DNA of 63,952 nt, counting the filler, from Diploschistes diacapsis (Eukaryota): assembly GCA_023645945.1 (NCBI GenBank). It is 5 parts of 5 records of this genome, joined end to end, with 100 filler letters (N's around TTAATTAATTAA, not from the genome) between each part and the next. Parts side by side here need not be neighbours in the genome. Positions count along the whole stretch, not along the records: positions 1 to 12,760 come from JALAIB010000713.1; positions 12,861 to 25,590 come from JALAIB010000714.1; 3 more parts are not named here. The stretch is one strand, 5' to 3'. Position 1 is the stretch's first letter. Every line of letters starts with the position of its first letter. Below are positions 11,826 through 24,684 of this stretch, piece by piece. A model generated the notes under the pieces. The model was not told the origin of the DNA. It worked only from the letters and a program-made list of their open reading frames with translations, and searched no databases. Position numbers and translations under genes: made by a program.

Positions 11826-11881
11826 AAACGGGCAGGGTAAAACGGGCAGGGTAAAAGGGGCAGGGTAAGACGGGCAGGGTA
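11826..11881 (+). repeat. 4 x 14-bp tandem repeat AAACGGGCAGGGTA
   Basis: Directly visible; contains eight GGG runs. Confidence 0.9.
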
Positions 11882-12174
11882 GCCAAAAACCTACTTGATC
11901 GTGTATTAATTAGTCTTTGCAAGTGTTGTAGGTCCAGAAGATTTTTGGGAGGCCAAAACCAGCAGAGGCCATATCTATGATATCTGCACCAAACACCTCT
12001 TTTACCCTTTATGCCTACACAAAAGCTTGTGAGATGCTCCAGACTAGTCATAAAGTAAAAGTTAGATAAGTGAAGCTCTCTCCGCAACCTTTACGTTCGG
12101 TTTATGATTAATCTGTAGCATCTTTCTAGTTCTTGAATGAGCAAAGAGGGGACAAGGGTAAGAAGTACTAATAT

Positions 12175-12212
12175 ACGCGAAAATATAGCGCAGAGGCGCG
12201 TCGAGGCGCGTC
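12175..12212. promoter_or_regulatory. Cluster of MCB/SCB-like CGCG elements upstream of MCM5
   Basis: ACGCGAAAA plus two GGCGCGTC, 100-140 bp upstream of a DNA replication gene. Confidence 0.5.
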
Positions 12213-12312
12213 TTCCCCCCTTCCCTTCCCTCCACCAGTGTAAACGCTGAAAAGTGCATACAAGATTTGCGACACATTTCATCACAGTGATTGAACATCC
12301 AGCCCAGCAAGT

Positions 12313-12760
12313 ATGGATCGTCAATCAGTCTTTTCGTTGAGCGTCCTACCTCCGGATGTCGATGCGTCGCAGAACTCCAGAACCCAGATACAGAGCCAGC
12401 TGCGAGAATTTATCCTCGAGTTCCGGCTAGATAATGCATTTATATACAGGTCGGTCATACCATAGCCCTGAGAAGCTGCTAGCGACGATTCATACTTACA
12501 TCCTATACAGAGACCAACTCCGCCAAAACGCCCTGATCAAGAAATACTTCTGCGACATCGACATCGCGCACCTTATCGCCTACGACGAAGAGCTCGCCGA
12601 CAAACTCACCACAGAGCCCGCAGAGATAATACCACTGGTATGTCAGACGCATCTCACACATCCCAACGTCTTGCAAGAAGCCCCCGGCTAACATATTTTC
12701 GGCATAGTTCGAAGCCGCTCTCAAACAATGCACCCACCGTATCCTCCACCCCTCCTCCGC
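12313..12760 (+). CDS. MCM5: DNA replication licensing factor MCM5, 5' part truncated by contig end
   Basis: Spliced MDRQSVFS..FILEFRLDNAFIYR / DQLRQNALIKKYFCDIDIAHLIAYDEELA..PAEIIPL / FEAALK. Confidence 0.9.
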
Positions 12761-12860
12761 NNNNNNNNNNNNNNNNNNNNNNNNNNNNNNNNNNNNNNNN
12801 NNNNTTAATTAATTAANNNNNNNNNNNNNNNNNNNNNNNNNNNNNNNNNNNNNNNNNNNN
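12761..12860. other. Artificial contig linker
   Basis: N44-TTAATTAATTAA-N44, with stops in all six frames. Confidence 0.99.
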
Positions 12861-13443
12861 GGGTGGGGCTTTGTTGATATGCTTTGGGTTACATTATTTT
12901 CTTATAGACGGTGGGATTGGGAAGCGCGATGGCCATTATATGACGTGCGCGCGCGGAGGGCTGTGGCGGAGGAATCCGATGGGAAGGTGGAAAGCCATAC
13001 AAGTATAGATAGATTTCTGGGCGGGGAGTTGGGAGAGGTTGATCTGCTAGTCCTGAATGTGCAAACCGAAACGGAGGAAGGTGCGCAACATGTTGTATGT
13101 TGCTTTTAATCACCGTAGCGACTTCCAGGCAGTGCTCGCTAAGAAAAGTACGCCCAGGTTCGAAGCAACAGAATAGGTTTAGGTACTGGGCGAAACATGG
13201 TATCGAAGCAGTGCGGCCTCTGGAAACAGCAATGACCTACTAAAGAACGTTCCTGTTGTACAAGAACACCGAGGACCTCAAAGAGTGGTGAATATTACAG
13301 GACGCTTTCAAATTCAGTAGGGTGGTCTCAATGCTATGTACATCTGCCCAGTACAAGCATTCGCCACTGTACAATGCAGCTCGCTCAATGTAACGAGTCC
13401 TTTATACCATCAATTCTCAACTCCGGCCATGAACTCCCAAATC

Positions 13444-16237
13444 TTACTCTATCTTTTTAAAAATAGCCGGAGCCGCATCCGGAGGGACGTTGGGCTGCGG
13501 CTCTGTCGGCGGTGGCGGTGGCGCACTTTTTTCTCCAAAGTATTTCAAAAACTCACTTCTGTCGTCGAAGGGCCGCTTGCCCAGAAGGCGGATCATGTCG
13601 TCGCGATCAAGCATCTCCTTCCTCAGCAGCTCCTCCGCAATGATACCAACCTCTTTCTTCTTCTCGGTCAGCAAATCCCTGCACTGCTTGTACGCTTCGT
13701 CGACTATCCTTCGGACTTCAGTGTCGATATGTCGAGCTGTTTCCTCGGAAAAAGGCTTGTGAAGGGACTGGCTGTCATCCTCATAGAAGAGATAGCCAAT
13801 TTTGCTTGACATACCCCATTTTGTCACCATGGCTGTAGCAGTTCGGGTTACCTTGTTGAAATCGTCACTGGCTCCGCTTGTAACAGTATCAAAATGGAGC
13901 TCCTCGGACACGCGTCCTCCTAACGTCATTGCCATTCTGTCCATGAGTTGGTTGACATTCATAAGGTAATTGTCTCCGGGCACGTTCATTGCATATCCGA
14001 GTGCAGCTGAACCGCGAGGGATAATCGAGACCTTAAGGAGTGGATCAGCCCACTTAAAGAACCAGCCGCAAATTGCGTGCCCGGCTTCATGATAAGCAAC
14101 GATCTTCTTTTCTTCGGGATTTAGAACAAGAGATTTTTTCTCCAGACCAGCAACAGTCCGTTCGATGGCCGCCTCGAAATGGCGAATAATGACCCTGTCG
14201 GCACCCTCGCGTGCAGCTGAAATGTGTGTTAGCAGCTATCGAACTTGCGTCTTGAGAGAAGTTACCAATCAGTGCAGCCTCATTGCAGCAGTTAGCAATA
14301 TCAGCGCCAGAGAAGCCTGGAGTAAGCGCAGCAAGCCTTCCTTGTAGATGATCTCTGTCCTCGTCTGTTATGATCTTCCGTAGATGAACCCCAAAGATCT
14401 GTTTCCTCCCTTCCATTGTTGGACGGTCAATTGCAATATGACGATCAAAACGGCCAGGTCGCATGAGAGCCGAGTCGAGCACGTCGGGTCTATTTGTACC
14501 AGCGAGGACGACTACTTGTTCTGACGTGTTGAAGCCATCCATTTCAGTCAAAATCTGGTTGAGCGTTGATTCTCTTTCGTCGTTGCCACCTCCAAAGCTC
14601 TGTTTTGCTCTCGACTTGCCAATGGCGTCGATTTCATCGATGAATATGATGCATGGAGTGCTCTTCCTGGCGTTCGCGAACAGATCTCTTACTCGCGAAG
14701 GACCAACACCAACGAACATTTCAACAAACTCGGATCCACTAACGCTGAAGAATGGGACTTGCGACTCTCCTGCAGTTGCCTTTGCTAGGAGCGTTTTACC
14801 TGTCCCAGGAGGACCAGACAAGATCGCACCTCGGGGTATCTTTGCTCCAAGCCGTTGAAATCTGCCGGGTTCCTTCAGAAAGCTAACGAATTCCATAATC
14901 TCTGCCTTAGCCTCGTCCATTCCAGCGACATCCTTGAACCGAGTCTTGATGTCGGTTTCGTGGTTAAACCGCTTCGCTCTGCTCTTTCCCATGCCAAAAA
15001 TACCCCCAGGGCCACCGGAAGAACTACCACCAGATGCCCGCCTTAGCCCCCAGGTCATAAGGCCAATAAGAAGCAGGGTAGGGCCAAAAGAAAGAAGTGT
15101 ACTGGCCCACGACACTTCCTCCTTGTACGCAACCGGGATGCGCTCGGAGCTTGGAATGCTAAGTTCTTTTTGCGCTTCTTCGAGTTTCCTCTCAAATGCC
15201 TCAACCGAACCAATGGTGAAGAAGTAGAAAAAGTTGTTGTTGACCGCCGGAGAGTCGGGGTGTATTTGGTTGACGGTCTCCCTGTGGACGTGGACCTTCA
15301 CTCGGTTACCGTTTACTACAGTAAGTCTATCCACAAGGCCCTTGTTCAGGAAGGATGCCTGGAACTCTTGCCAGGTAATTTCTCGGAGGTTTTCAGAGGG
15401 GCTGACAAGGCGGTAAGCGAAGTAGGCCGCGAATGCAGAGATGAGGAAAGTCGAGGTGTCCAATTTAACATCGGACCACTTGAAGTCTTCCTGCGAGCCT
15501 TGGTCTTTCTTCTTCTGCTGCTCTTGCTGGGAAAAGAAGGGACCTTCTTCTTGCTGTTGCTGTTGCTGATGCTTATGCTTTGGCTGTGACTGCTGTTGGG
15601 GTCTTCTCTTCATGTCCATCTCTGCATACACGCGAGCCATCTGGCTCGAAACTCTGACAAGACGTGCTGCCATAGAGAGTGACATTGGTTTCCCCTGCAG
15701 CTGATCCTTAAGAATGTTGACCAGATCCTCTGGAACACCGTGTTTCCTGATGTCCTTGAACGCCTTGTCCACTTCCTTAGATATGCTAGTGGGCATTGTA
15801 TTCCGCAATTTTTTCATAGTATCGTTCAAGACCTTTTCTTCCTCTGGTGACAGCCTAGTGAACCCAGGCGCAAGCGGTAGTTCCTCCTCGTGAGTCTTTG
15901 CATTTCCTTCCGTTTCTGGTAGTATGGACAACGGGGAGGCCTTGTATAGATATTCAAAGCCTCTGGGAGGCTTGGCTGGCTGCAGGGTTTGCTTTACCAC
16001 TGAAGGGGCATCTTTAGCGTTAGAAGTAGCCTCATCCCTTTTAAGCTCTTCGTTCTTAGATTGCCTGGACTCTTTCTTCCGTTGATCGGCAGCATATCTG
16101 CGGACATGCTGATAAGCGCAGGGTTGTCTTGCTATGTACCCACCTCGGAGTACTGACCGAGTGGTTTGGGATGAAGGAGATAGGTAAGATCGTGATATCT
16201 GAGAAGCGCTAGCTGGCTGTCGTAGAAAGGTTCTCAT
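13444..16237 (-). CDS. YTA12: Mitochondrial m-AAA protease subunit (AFG3/YTA12/paraplegin family); intron 14217-14265
   Basis: Presequence-like N-terminus, two TM segments, Walker A GPPGTGKT, Walker [30 protein letters not shown] after the intron, [18 protein letters not shown]3 vs YTA12 cannot be resolved by eye. Confidence 0.92.
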
Positions 16238-16562
16238 GATCACATGGGGCGCGCTGAGCGCCTCTCTTAGGAAAAGTCGGCCAGTTGACAGTCACCTTGG
16301 TGTACCAGATACTTTATTCAGAGTTTACTGCAAGCAGAAAGTATCAAAACGAAGAAGTGAGATTGGTAAATGAGCGCTCGCCACAATGGAAATCAGAATG
16401 GCGGAGAGTTGTATGACGGGACGATTCGACTGCCTACCTGTGTTCCACGCTTGGCATAGTATGATCGGGCAAAAACCGGACCAAAATTTTGTCCGAATTA
16501 GCAGGCTAGTCCTCTTGTAAATTACCGATTATCTATTTGATGTAATCGTATGTGAATAAGAA

Positions 16563-17021
16563 TCTACAGATGTACTATAACAAAATCGATATTGCTGCTA
16601 AGAATATTGTTGAAAGTGGAGGTGGGATCATTAAATAGGCAATAAGATTAATGAAATAAATGTTAAATAGCTTGCATATAATAATAAAGTATTATTATTG
16701 TAGGAAGTAATGAATGAAGATAGCGTTAGTAAAGACGGGAGGTGAGAGGTCTTTTATAGACACACTTCACTTAACTAACGCTTAGTGATTTAATAATACA
16801 TTAATCTCCGATAAATATTGGATTCGTTATTCAATATTATTCGATCTATAATCCAATATAATAGTGGATCTAATTATCCATCATTTATTGGATCCAGGGT
16901 CCAAATATTATTAAATCATTCATCTTCCCTAGTAGTCTATAACTACTAGTAGGATGTTCAATTATTGTTAGTAGGACTACTCATGTGTCCTGAAGGTTCT
17001 GGAACCTTCAGGTCCCACTAG
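16563..17021 (+). mobile_element. AT-rich relic with Helitron-like termini
   Basis: A|TCTAC at the 5' end; hairpin CCTGAAGGTTC-TG-GAACCTTCAGG (16989-17012) followed by TCCCA-CTAG|T. Confidence 0.35.
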
Positions 17022-17396
17022 TGACTAATTAGTCCGACAGACTAACCCATTTAAGTTAATAATCTGACAAATATTATAAAACTCATCACCTTATTGGTTA
17101 TGTGTCATGTTTCCTCATCTGAAACGAGCGTGTAAACATCATGAAGTACCCCTGGACTTACTAGATAGAGACAGCTTTGCTCAAACAGCAGATGTCAGGA
17201 TACAGAATCACCCCATCAATCTCAAGGGGCTGAGTAAATGGAGCACCGCTGTTGGCATGTCAAAGCGAGAAAGCTATCAGGCACCATTCTCTCCACTCGT
17301 GCTCCTTGCTCTGGCCCAGCTTTTCCTAGGATTACTCTGCTTTAGGCCGGATCCGATCCACGACACCTTTCAACAATTCCCATATAGCCACCACTA

Positions 17397-18589
17397 TTAT
17401 TTACTCTTCTTCTCGTTACTATTCGCTACTGCTTGAGCCTTTTCTTTGACCTTGCTCCAATCAACTGCTGGCCCCGGTACAAACATGCCAACTTGCTTCT
17501 GATACTCCTTGTACTCAGGATATTTGCTCGCAGTCACACTCTCTGTAAACCAAGTGGAGGCCTGAAACAGGCAAAGGTATAAGAACGGCGCGATTGCAGT
17601 CCAATTTGCGTATGTCTCTGTGATGGAGGCTGCCCACAGGAAGAGCGTGATCCATACGCTTTGCTCAGCTGCAAAATTCGGGTGTCGACTGTAGGACCAC
17701 AGGCCTGAGGTCAGGAATCCTCGTTCAAGATCTTCTCGTGCATAACCCCCGGTCACCTTCGCTTGTTTTTGATAGGTATGCTTTGCCTGGTGGTAGTCTG
17801 TAGAACTTTAGTAACCATAGATATTTCATTGTTTAGCACATACTCCACTGTTGTTGATCAGCTACGGCGGAAGTTCCAATACAGAGCAGCAGGACGCTAG
17901 TAAAGATAATATCGAGAGCGTTGGGACCAGGAAGAACTCGGCAGCTCAATAGTAGGGCGTAGGTGGGTGCGGTTACAATGAACAGGAGAACCTTGATTTG
18001 TCAGGTCTATCATTTACCCGGCTCACACAGCAAGGCACTTACGCTCTGGGCCAGCGAGATGAAAAAGACGTTGAACAGAAACCAAAGCGGCCCGCGAATA
18101 TGTTTCTGCAGGATTCCCCACCTGTAATCTTCTACACCGACTTGATAACCACCTTTCCGCCAGTAATTGGAGGTCAGCCGGCACTATTAGGGTCAGCAAT
18201 GGTTCAAACAGCCAGAAATTCTTTCTTACGCTCCATAGTACGCTGGCTCCAAGGAGTGCATCTAGTCTGCCAGATGGCAAGCCTGTCAAATGCGCATATA
18301 AAGCATAGTGCGTATTATATACGGTGGGCAGTATGCTCCAGCAACGATCTACTTGAGAGTAGTTTTTGTTGATCTCAGAGACTACGAGAAAGACAGGCGC
18401 AAGGAAAAGCGATAGCGCGAACCCTGCTATTAAAGGATTGGTAGACGTGTAGAGGCTCACCAGACCTTGGGGGTTGGAAATTGTCTGTAACACTTGTTGG
18501 GGTAGATCGTATAGTTGAGGAATGTAAGGCGAAACTGTCTTTCCCAGATCAACGCAGTCGGAAATGCTCCTGATCACAGGAAGAGCCAT
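17397..18589 (-). CDS. DUF1295 (steroid 5-alpha-reductase-like) membrane protein, multi-exon
   Basis: NYSQVDRCWSILP, RKGGYQVGVEDYRW (in the frame after the first intron), GFLTSGLWSYSRHPNFAAEQ, STWFTE..KYPEYKEYQ. Confidence 0.9.
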
Positions 18590-18982
18590 GCTTGGCAGCT
18601 ACAGAGAGGCAGTGGCGATTCAGCAAAAGCAGGAACGCTTTTTGTATAGTGCAAGAGGTCAAGCTTGAAACCGAAATCCTGTCTCTTGGAGATGTTGTAA
18701 GTGGGGATTTCCTGTGTTGTTCCTTTGAAGGAAAAACAACATCAAACGATGACATAGTTCAATGCAAGCCACCCTACTGTACGCCACAACTACAACTACA
18801 ACGAAATATTCAAAAGTATGAGCATACCACTGGCTATCTCAAGAGCTGAGTTCGTCTCCCTCTCTACTCGCTTGTTCATGGCGAAACACTCACATCAATA
18901 AAAGATAAGACACGGGAAGCAACATCTAGCGCTGTATTCACTTCTTCAGCAATGGAGGGAATTTATTTACTGCTACCGATTC

Positions 18983-21389
18983 ATGGCGCCTAAGATCCTC
19001 TGCGTTGCAGAAAAACCAGCCATTGCCAAAATTGTTGCCGGTCACCTGAGCGGAGGACAGTTTACAACGGTGAGTAAGAACTTCGTCGGAAGCATCAGGT
19101 TCCTAGAAATCTCTATAGAGAAACATACGCGGCAATCAATATGTGAAGAACTATGAGTTCCCCTTCTCTTTTGGAAGGCCATGGGGCGATTGCTCTGTGA
19201 CTATGACCTGCGTCTCTGGTCATCTTATGGGCTGGGACTTCGCACAGAACAATAGAAACTGGGCGGCTACTCCGCCTATCAACCTCTTCGACTGTAGCAT
19301 CAGCGAGACGGTCCATTCGGTGCGCATAATACCATTTGCAAAGTAGTTTAGGTCTCATCGAAACCTAGGACAAGCAAGCAATTGCAGATAACATCACCCA
19401 GCAAGCAAAATATTCCAAAGCACTGTTCATTTGGACTGATTGTGATCGGGAGGGGGAGTACATTGGCCACGAAGTACGTCAGGCAGCTTTAATCGGTAAC
19501 CCTCGCCTGGATGTAAAGAGAGCCAGATTCAGCAACACTGAGCGGGCGTGAGTTTACAGAAGGCTTGGGACGAGCACAACTGACTTACTCGATAGCCATG
19601 TGCTCAATGCTGCTCGGCATCCTGCCGAGGTGGACGAGCGCCAGGTAATTGCTGTCGCCGCAAGGATAGAGCTGGATCTTAGATTGGGATCTTCCTTTAC
19701 CAGATTTCAGACCTTAGCTTTGCAATCTATGGACCCAAGATTGGAGAAGAAGGTTCTTAGCTACGGTTTGCATTATATCCTTGAAACCATGGAGAGTGCT
19801 TATTGTCTTTCAGGATCTTGCCAATTCCCAACGCTTGGCTTTGTGGTTGACCGCTACTTTCGAGTAAGAAATTTTGTTCAGGAAAAGTTCTGGACTTTGA
19901 AGGTTCTGCATACTCGAGATAACATAGACGTGACGTTTCTTTGGGATAGGCATCGATTGTTTGATCGTGCTATCACTACCATACTTTTTGAGAAATGTCT
20001 ACAAGCCAAAAAGGCCAAGATTACCAAGCTGGAAAGGAAACCTACAAGCAAGTGGAAACCACTACCATTGACTACTGTGGAGCTGCAGAAACTTGGCAGT
20101 ATGTTTCTACGGATGGAAAGTCAGAGAGTTATGAAGGTGAATCGTCTTAGCATTATATGAATCACTAAGATGACCTTGAGTAGATCGCCGAAGAGTTGTA
20201 CGTCAAAGGGTGGATCAGTTATCCCAGGACCGAGACGGACCAATTCGATCGAGAAATTGACCTCAGAAAACTTGTAGAGAAGCAGACCCAAGACCACCGA
20301 TGGGGTCAGTATTCTTTTGGGTAACTCATTTTCAAGTAACTCTTTGTATACAGCATCTAACACTGTAGACTTTTAAACGGCGGTTTCCGTCAGCCTCGCG
20401 CAGGGCGCAACAATGACAAAGCACACCCCCCTATCCATCCTGTTAACTATGTAGCTCCAAATGCTTTGAACCATGACGAAGCTCGGGTATACGAGTTCAT
20501 CACTAGACGTTTTCTTGGATGCTGCAGCGAAGACGCAAAGGGAGAGTCTACCACCGTGTCACTTGCCTGGGGATCCGAGGCCTTCCATGCGTCGGGATTG
20601 CTTGTGCTTGAGCGGAATTACCTTGATGTCTACACCTACGACCGATGGGAGAGTAGCCAGCAGCTTCCTGCTTTCCGTGTCGGAGAAGAATTTGAGCCCA
20701 TGGAAGCCAACATGAGCGACGGCGAGACTACCCCACCAGGTTACCTGACCGAACCAGAACTCATAGCCCTGATGGACGCAAATGGAATCGGGACAGATGC
20801 GACAATGGCAGATCACATCGCAAAGATCAAAGAGAGGGAGTATATCCTGGCTCAATCTCGTAGTGGAGGCCGTTCGACGGCAAGTACCCCTCGTGACAGC
20901 GGCAGAGGTAGGGGTAGGGGACGTGGCAGGGGGTCCAGGGGGGGTCGAGGAAGTGCCCTCTCTGATGGAGGAGAGCGCAGTCGGGGTTCTGTCCAGGAAT
21001 TCATACCCACGTGGCTTGGCATAGCTCTCGTAGTAGGCTATGAGGAAGCCCTGTCTCAAGCAAGCACACCGAGAACGAACCAAATTTCAACAAACACGAG
21101 CACTGCACTTGCGATGGACTCCGTGACATCTACACCCGCTCTGACGACGGGAATATCAGCTGGATCTGCGTCACCACAATCTCCGGGCTCAATCACCTCA
21201 CTTGCCAAACCGTTTCTCCGCAAGGAGTTGGAGCAAAAGCTCAAGGACATATGCGAAGGCAGAAAGGGTAAGCGCGAGGTCGTCGAGGGAGTTTTGGAGC
21301 AGTATCGTGAGGTTTTCGTATTGGCTAGTCAGCGTGTGGATGCCCTCAAGGGGGCACTGCAACGCTTTCGAACCATGGCCGGGGCCTAA
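18983..21389 (+). CDS. TOP3: DNA topoisomerase III (type IA), multi-exon
   Basis: ILCVAEKP, VSGHL, IWTDCDREGE, ARIELDLRLG, SYGSCQFPTLGFVV, catalytic ISYPRTET, AHPPIHP, GIGTDAT. Confidence 0.95.
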
Positions 21390-21978
21390 AGGCAACAGAT
21401 AGGCTTGGGTTCCTGCGGCGTTGTCTTGTCGGACGATGCGATACTTTAGCTCACCGCTTTGAGGGCTGTAGGTGTTAAAGTAAAGCTACTACTCGAAGAA
21501 GGTCAGTAAGAATTAGAACAAAGACATCGTGAAATTGTGAGCTTCTTCAATTTCAGGGGTATCACCTGCCCGTCATAACTGGAAACGTACCAAAGGTCAC
21601 CTGACACATGCAAAAACAGTTAGCAAACGTCGGATGACTAAAAGCTATCGGTTGACTAAAAAGGGTTTAGTATCTAATGTTGACGGAGATGGGTCGTTGA
21701 AGAACTCCGCGCCATGTGAAAAGATGCATAGCAACCTTCACTTTATCCTTACTGATAGCTATCGTGCTTGCAAGTCCTATCTTCAAACTACGCCTCACCC
21801 AACTACGTCTTGCTAAGTTACAAATAGTCAAGAATTTCCCTTCTACCAAGCGGATTAGGTTTTACTTTGGTCCCGAAACTCGGTTTCGATCGTGACATAG
21901 AAAACACCTGACCACGATTCTCGTCGCAACGGCGACATCAAACCCCAGTTCTGTGGCGAGGAGGGGGAAGGGCTCCGA

Positions 21979-24684
21979 ATGGCCTGGCAGAATTCCCCCG
22001 CCATGGGCAATGGCGGAGGGTCTGCAAATGGAGAAGGAGGGAATGGAGCACAATTAGGGACCGAGTATACTTTACAGGGTAAGATCAGTTAGCCATGCAT
22101 TTACGTCTTAAATCTCCTCTGGATGTATACTAAATTAACCATAATCCATCCAATAGGTGTTATGCGCTTCCTGCAGAGTGAATGGCATCGGCATGAGCGC
22201 GATAGAAATGTTTGGGAAATCGAGCGAGCAGAAATGAAATCGAGGATTGGCAAACTTGAGGGCGACAGTAGGACCGCGAAGCGTCTTCAGGAATCTCTTG
22301 GCAAGCATGTCAAACTGCTTGAGCATGCACTCAAACGAGAGCGGGACAAAGTCAAGAAGCTGCAAGCTGGTGAGAACATGGATGAGAAACAAGCTCAGAA
22401 CGGCCAGTTCAATGACAATATGAATGACATGAAACCTGGTATGCCTAGAAAATTTCTTTCGCCCGTTGGAGATTGGGGTTAACCTGTAGTAGCTTCTACA
22501 TCAAAGTCACTGAGGCCGCAATTGAGCGAGAAAGAAGAAAAGGAGCATGACGATACAAGACAAGATATCGAGAGAGACAAGTCACGTGTCTTCCTCGAAA
22601 AATGCGTATCAGAGGCTACATACCATGTGGTTCCATCTGCCGTAGCTCAGCAGACACTTGCAGAAGAACATGAACAGCTCTTGCAGAATCACCAGTACTC
22701 AAACCAAGTTCATGGACCGTCGTTGGAGGAACTCTATACCCAGCAGCGGCAAAAAGAGCAGAACAATATTGCACCCTCTATGCCGAATCACCAACCTCCA
22801 CCGGTTCCGCGGGGTGCAGAAACAGCTTCTCTTGAGCGATCGCAAGCTACCCAACACGCGCCCTTCATGTCACGCAGCCACCCTGAAAACCACTTGATGA
22901 ACCAAAACGGACCTATCACTTCTTTGGATACCCGCAACCAACAGCGGCAAAGCTATTTCCCACCAGGAGGAATAGCCGATGAAAAAGTTGAAAAGATTTC
23001 GCATAGCTATGATGCTTATGGACAGCAAATACCTCCTAGAGAAGAGGAGGAAAATACCGGGGTATCGCACGAACCGGAATCACAAGAAGCTGATGGTTGG
23101 AATTTTGACGTTGAAACGGAGCAAATGAACGAACAAGGGGCGCCTCTCGACTACGCACCTCGAAGACCCTACGTGGACGCCTTTCCCAGCGCGCACGATG
23201 TACCATTGAAGTCACCTCCACGCGGTCCTGGATCGAGGAGGAAGAACTCATTAACAAAAAGGCGGCAGAGCGATGGGTCTCACGAGCTACGGGAACTGAC
23301 GCTAGGGCAAAACACGGGTAGTCAGAGAGGGGAGTCATCTACTTTCAAAGTACGGTTTGCATTACGGGGACACCTAGATGTCGTTCGCTCCGTCATTTTC
23401 ACAGGTGGCGGAACTCCAGCAGAGCCTGAGATTTGTTCGACAGGCGATGACGGTGTTATCAAGCGTTGGATTATACCTGCTAGCTACGGTACCTTTGGGC
23501 CTCAGAGCTCGTCCAACAGCGATCTCGACATTTCTAGTTATTTCACCCACAGAGGCCACACAGGTTCTGTGATGTGTCTGGCTTCCGCACCTGCATCACA
23601 AAACTTCCTGAATGGAGGCAGAGCGCTAGGTGATGGATGGGTCTTCTCTGGCGGGCAAGATGCCACAGTGCGAGTCTGGGAGCGAGGCCGAGTCGATCCC
23701 AAAGCAACGCTAGATGGCCATACTGATGCGGTGTGGACGATTTGCGTTCTGCCAGGCTCCTCATCTTCATTACTTGGCGATCAAAACGCCCATCACGGTA
23801 GCACAGAGCGAATGATTCTCGCTTCTGGCTCTGCTGACGGTACAATACTAATCTGGGCCGTTAGTTCGCCGCCTCAGCTTACGTCTCCATCAGCCGGCTC
23901 TCGAAGGGGGGCAGGTGGAAGTCGACGGGCGAATTCTGTCTCATCGGGCTCCAACTTTCCTTCCTCGCCACAGCCAAGCACTGCAACAGCCATTCCGTTC
24001 CATTACTCCCTAGTTCATCGCATTGAACGCGTCGATCACCCTTCACCTACCTGCATTAGTCCTCTATCATTGTCTGGTGAGAGTTTCATCGTTTCCTACA
24101 CAGACGCCTCAGTTCTTATATTTGATACCCGGACGGCCGAAGAAATTGTGGGCATGGCCAGTCTAGAAACCTACAATGGCACGCCTGCTACTGGCGTGAA
24201 TGCCGTTGCTGCGACCACAGTCGGACTGGAAGGCGGCGACCCCACCCGTGGCTCTTCGTCGGACGAGGAGCATGTGCATGGCGCTACAGGCTCGAGCAGG
24301 GGCATTGAGGGCATGGTCTTAAGTGGGCACGAAGACCGCTATATTAGGTTTTTCGATGCCAATTCAGGTAAGTTTGGATTTTTGTCTAGATCTTATCAGT
24401 TCTAAAGTCTGACTGCCGGCGCAGGCCAATGTACTTACAACATGCTCGCTCACCCGTCAGCCATATCTGCTTTGTCCTTATCCCCTGACGGTAGAGAACT
24501 TGTTTCTGCAGGCCATGACGCAAGCCTCCGGTTCTGGTCTCTGGAGAAGAGATCCTGCACTCAAGAAATAACCTCTCACCGTCTCATGCGCGGTGAAGGT
24601 GTCTGTACCGTCGTTTGGAGTACCGATGGGCGTTGGGTAGTCAGTGGAGGCGGCGACGGGACCGTCAAAGTATGGGCAAGATAG
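21979..24684 (+). CDS. PRO11: Striatin (Pro11/Far8; STRIPAK scaffold) with C-terminal WD40 repeats
   Basis: EYTLQG / [27 protein letters not shown] striatin motif, coiled coil, [11 protein letters not shown] repeats. Confidence 0.93.

Noticed and set aside
12805..12816. TTAATTAATTAA palindrome repeated four times as a biological repeat or array
   Set aside because: Always embedded in exactly 44+44 N; it is a standard assembly spacer.
12861..13113. Possible 5' end of a minus-strand gene at the start of contig 2
   Set aside because: A splice can be drawn, but the peptide is unrecognisable and truncated.
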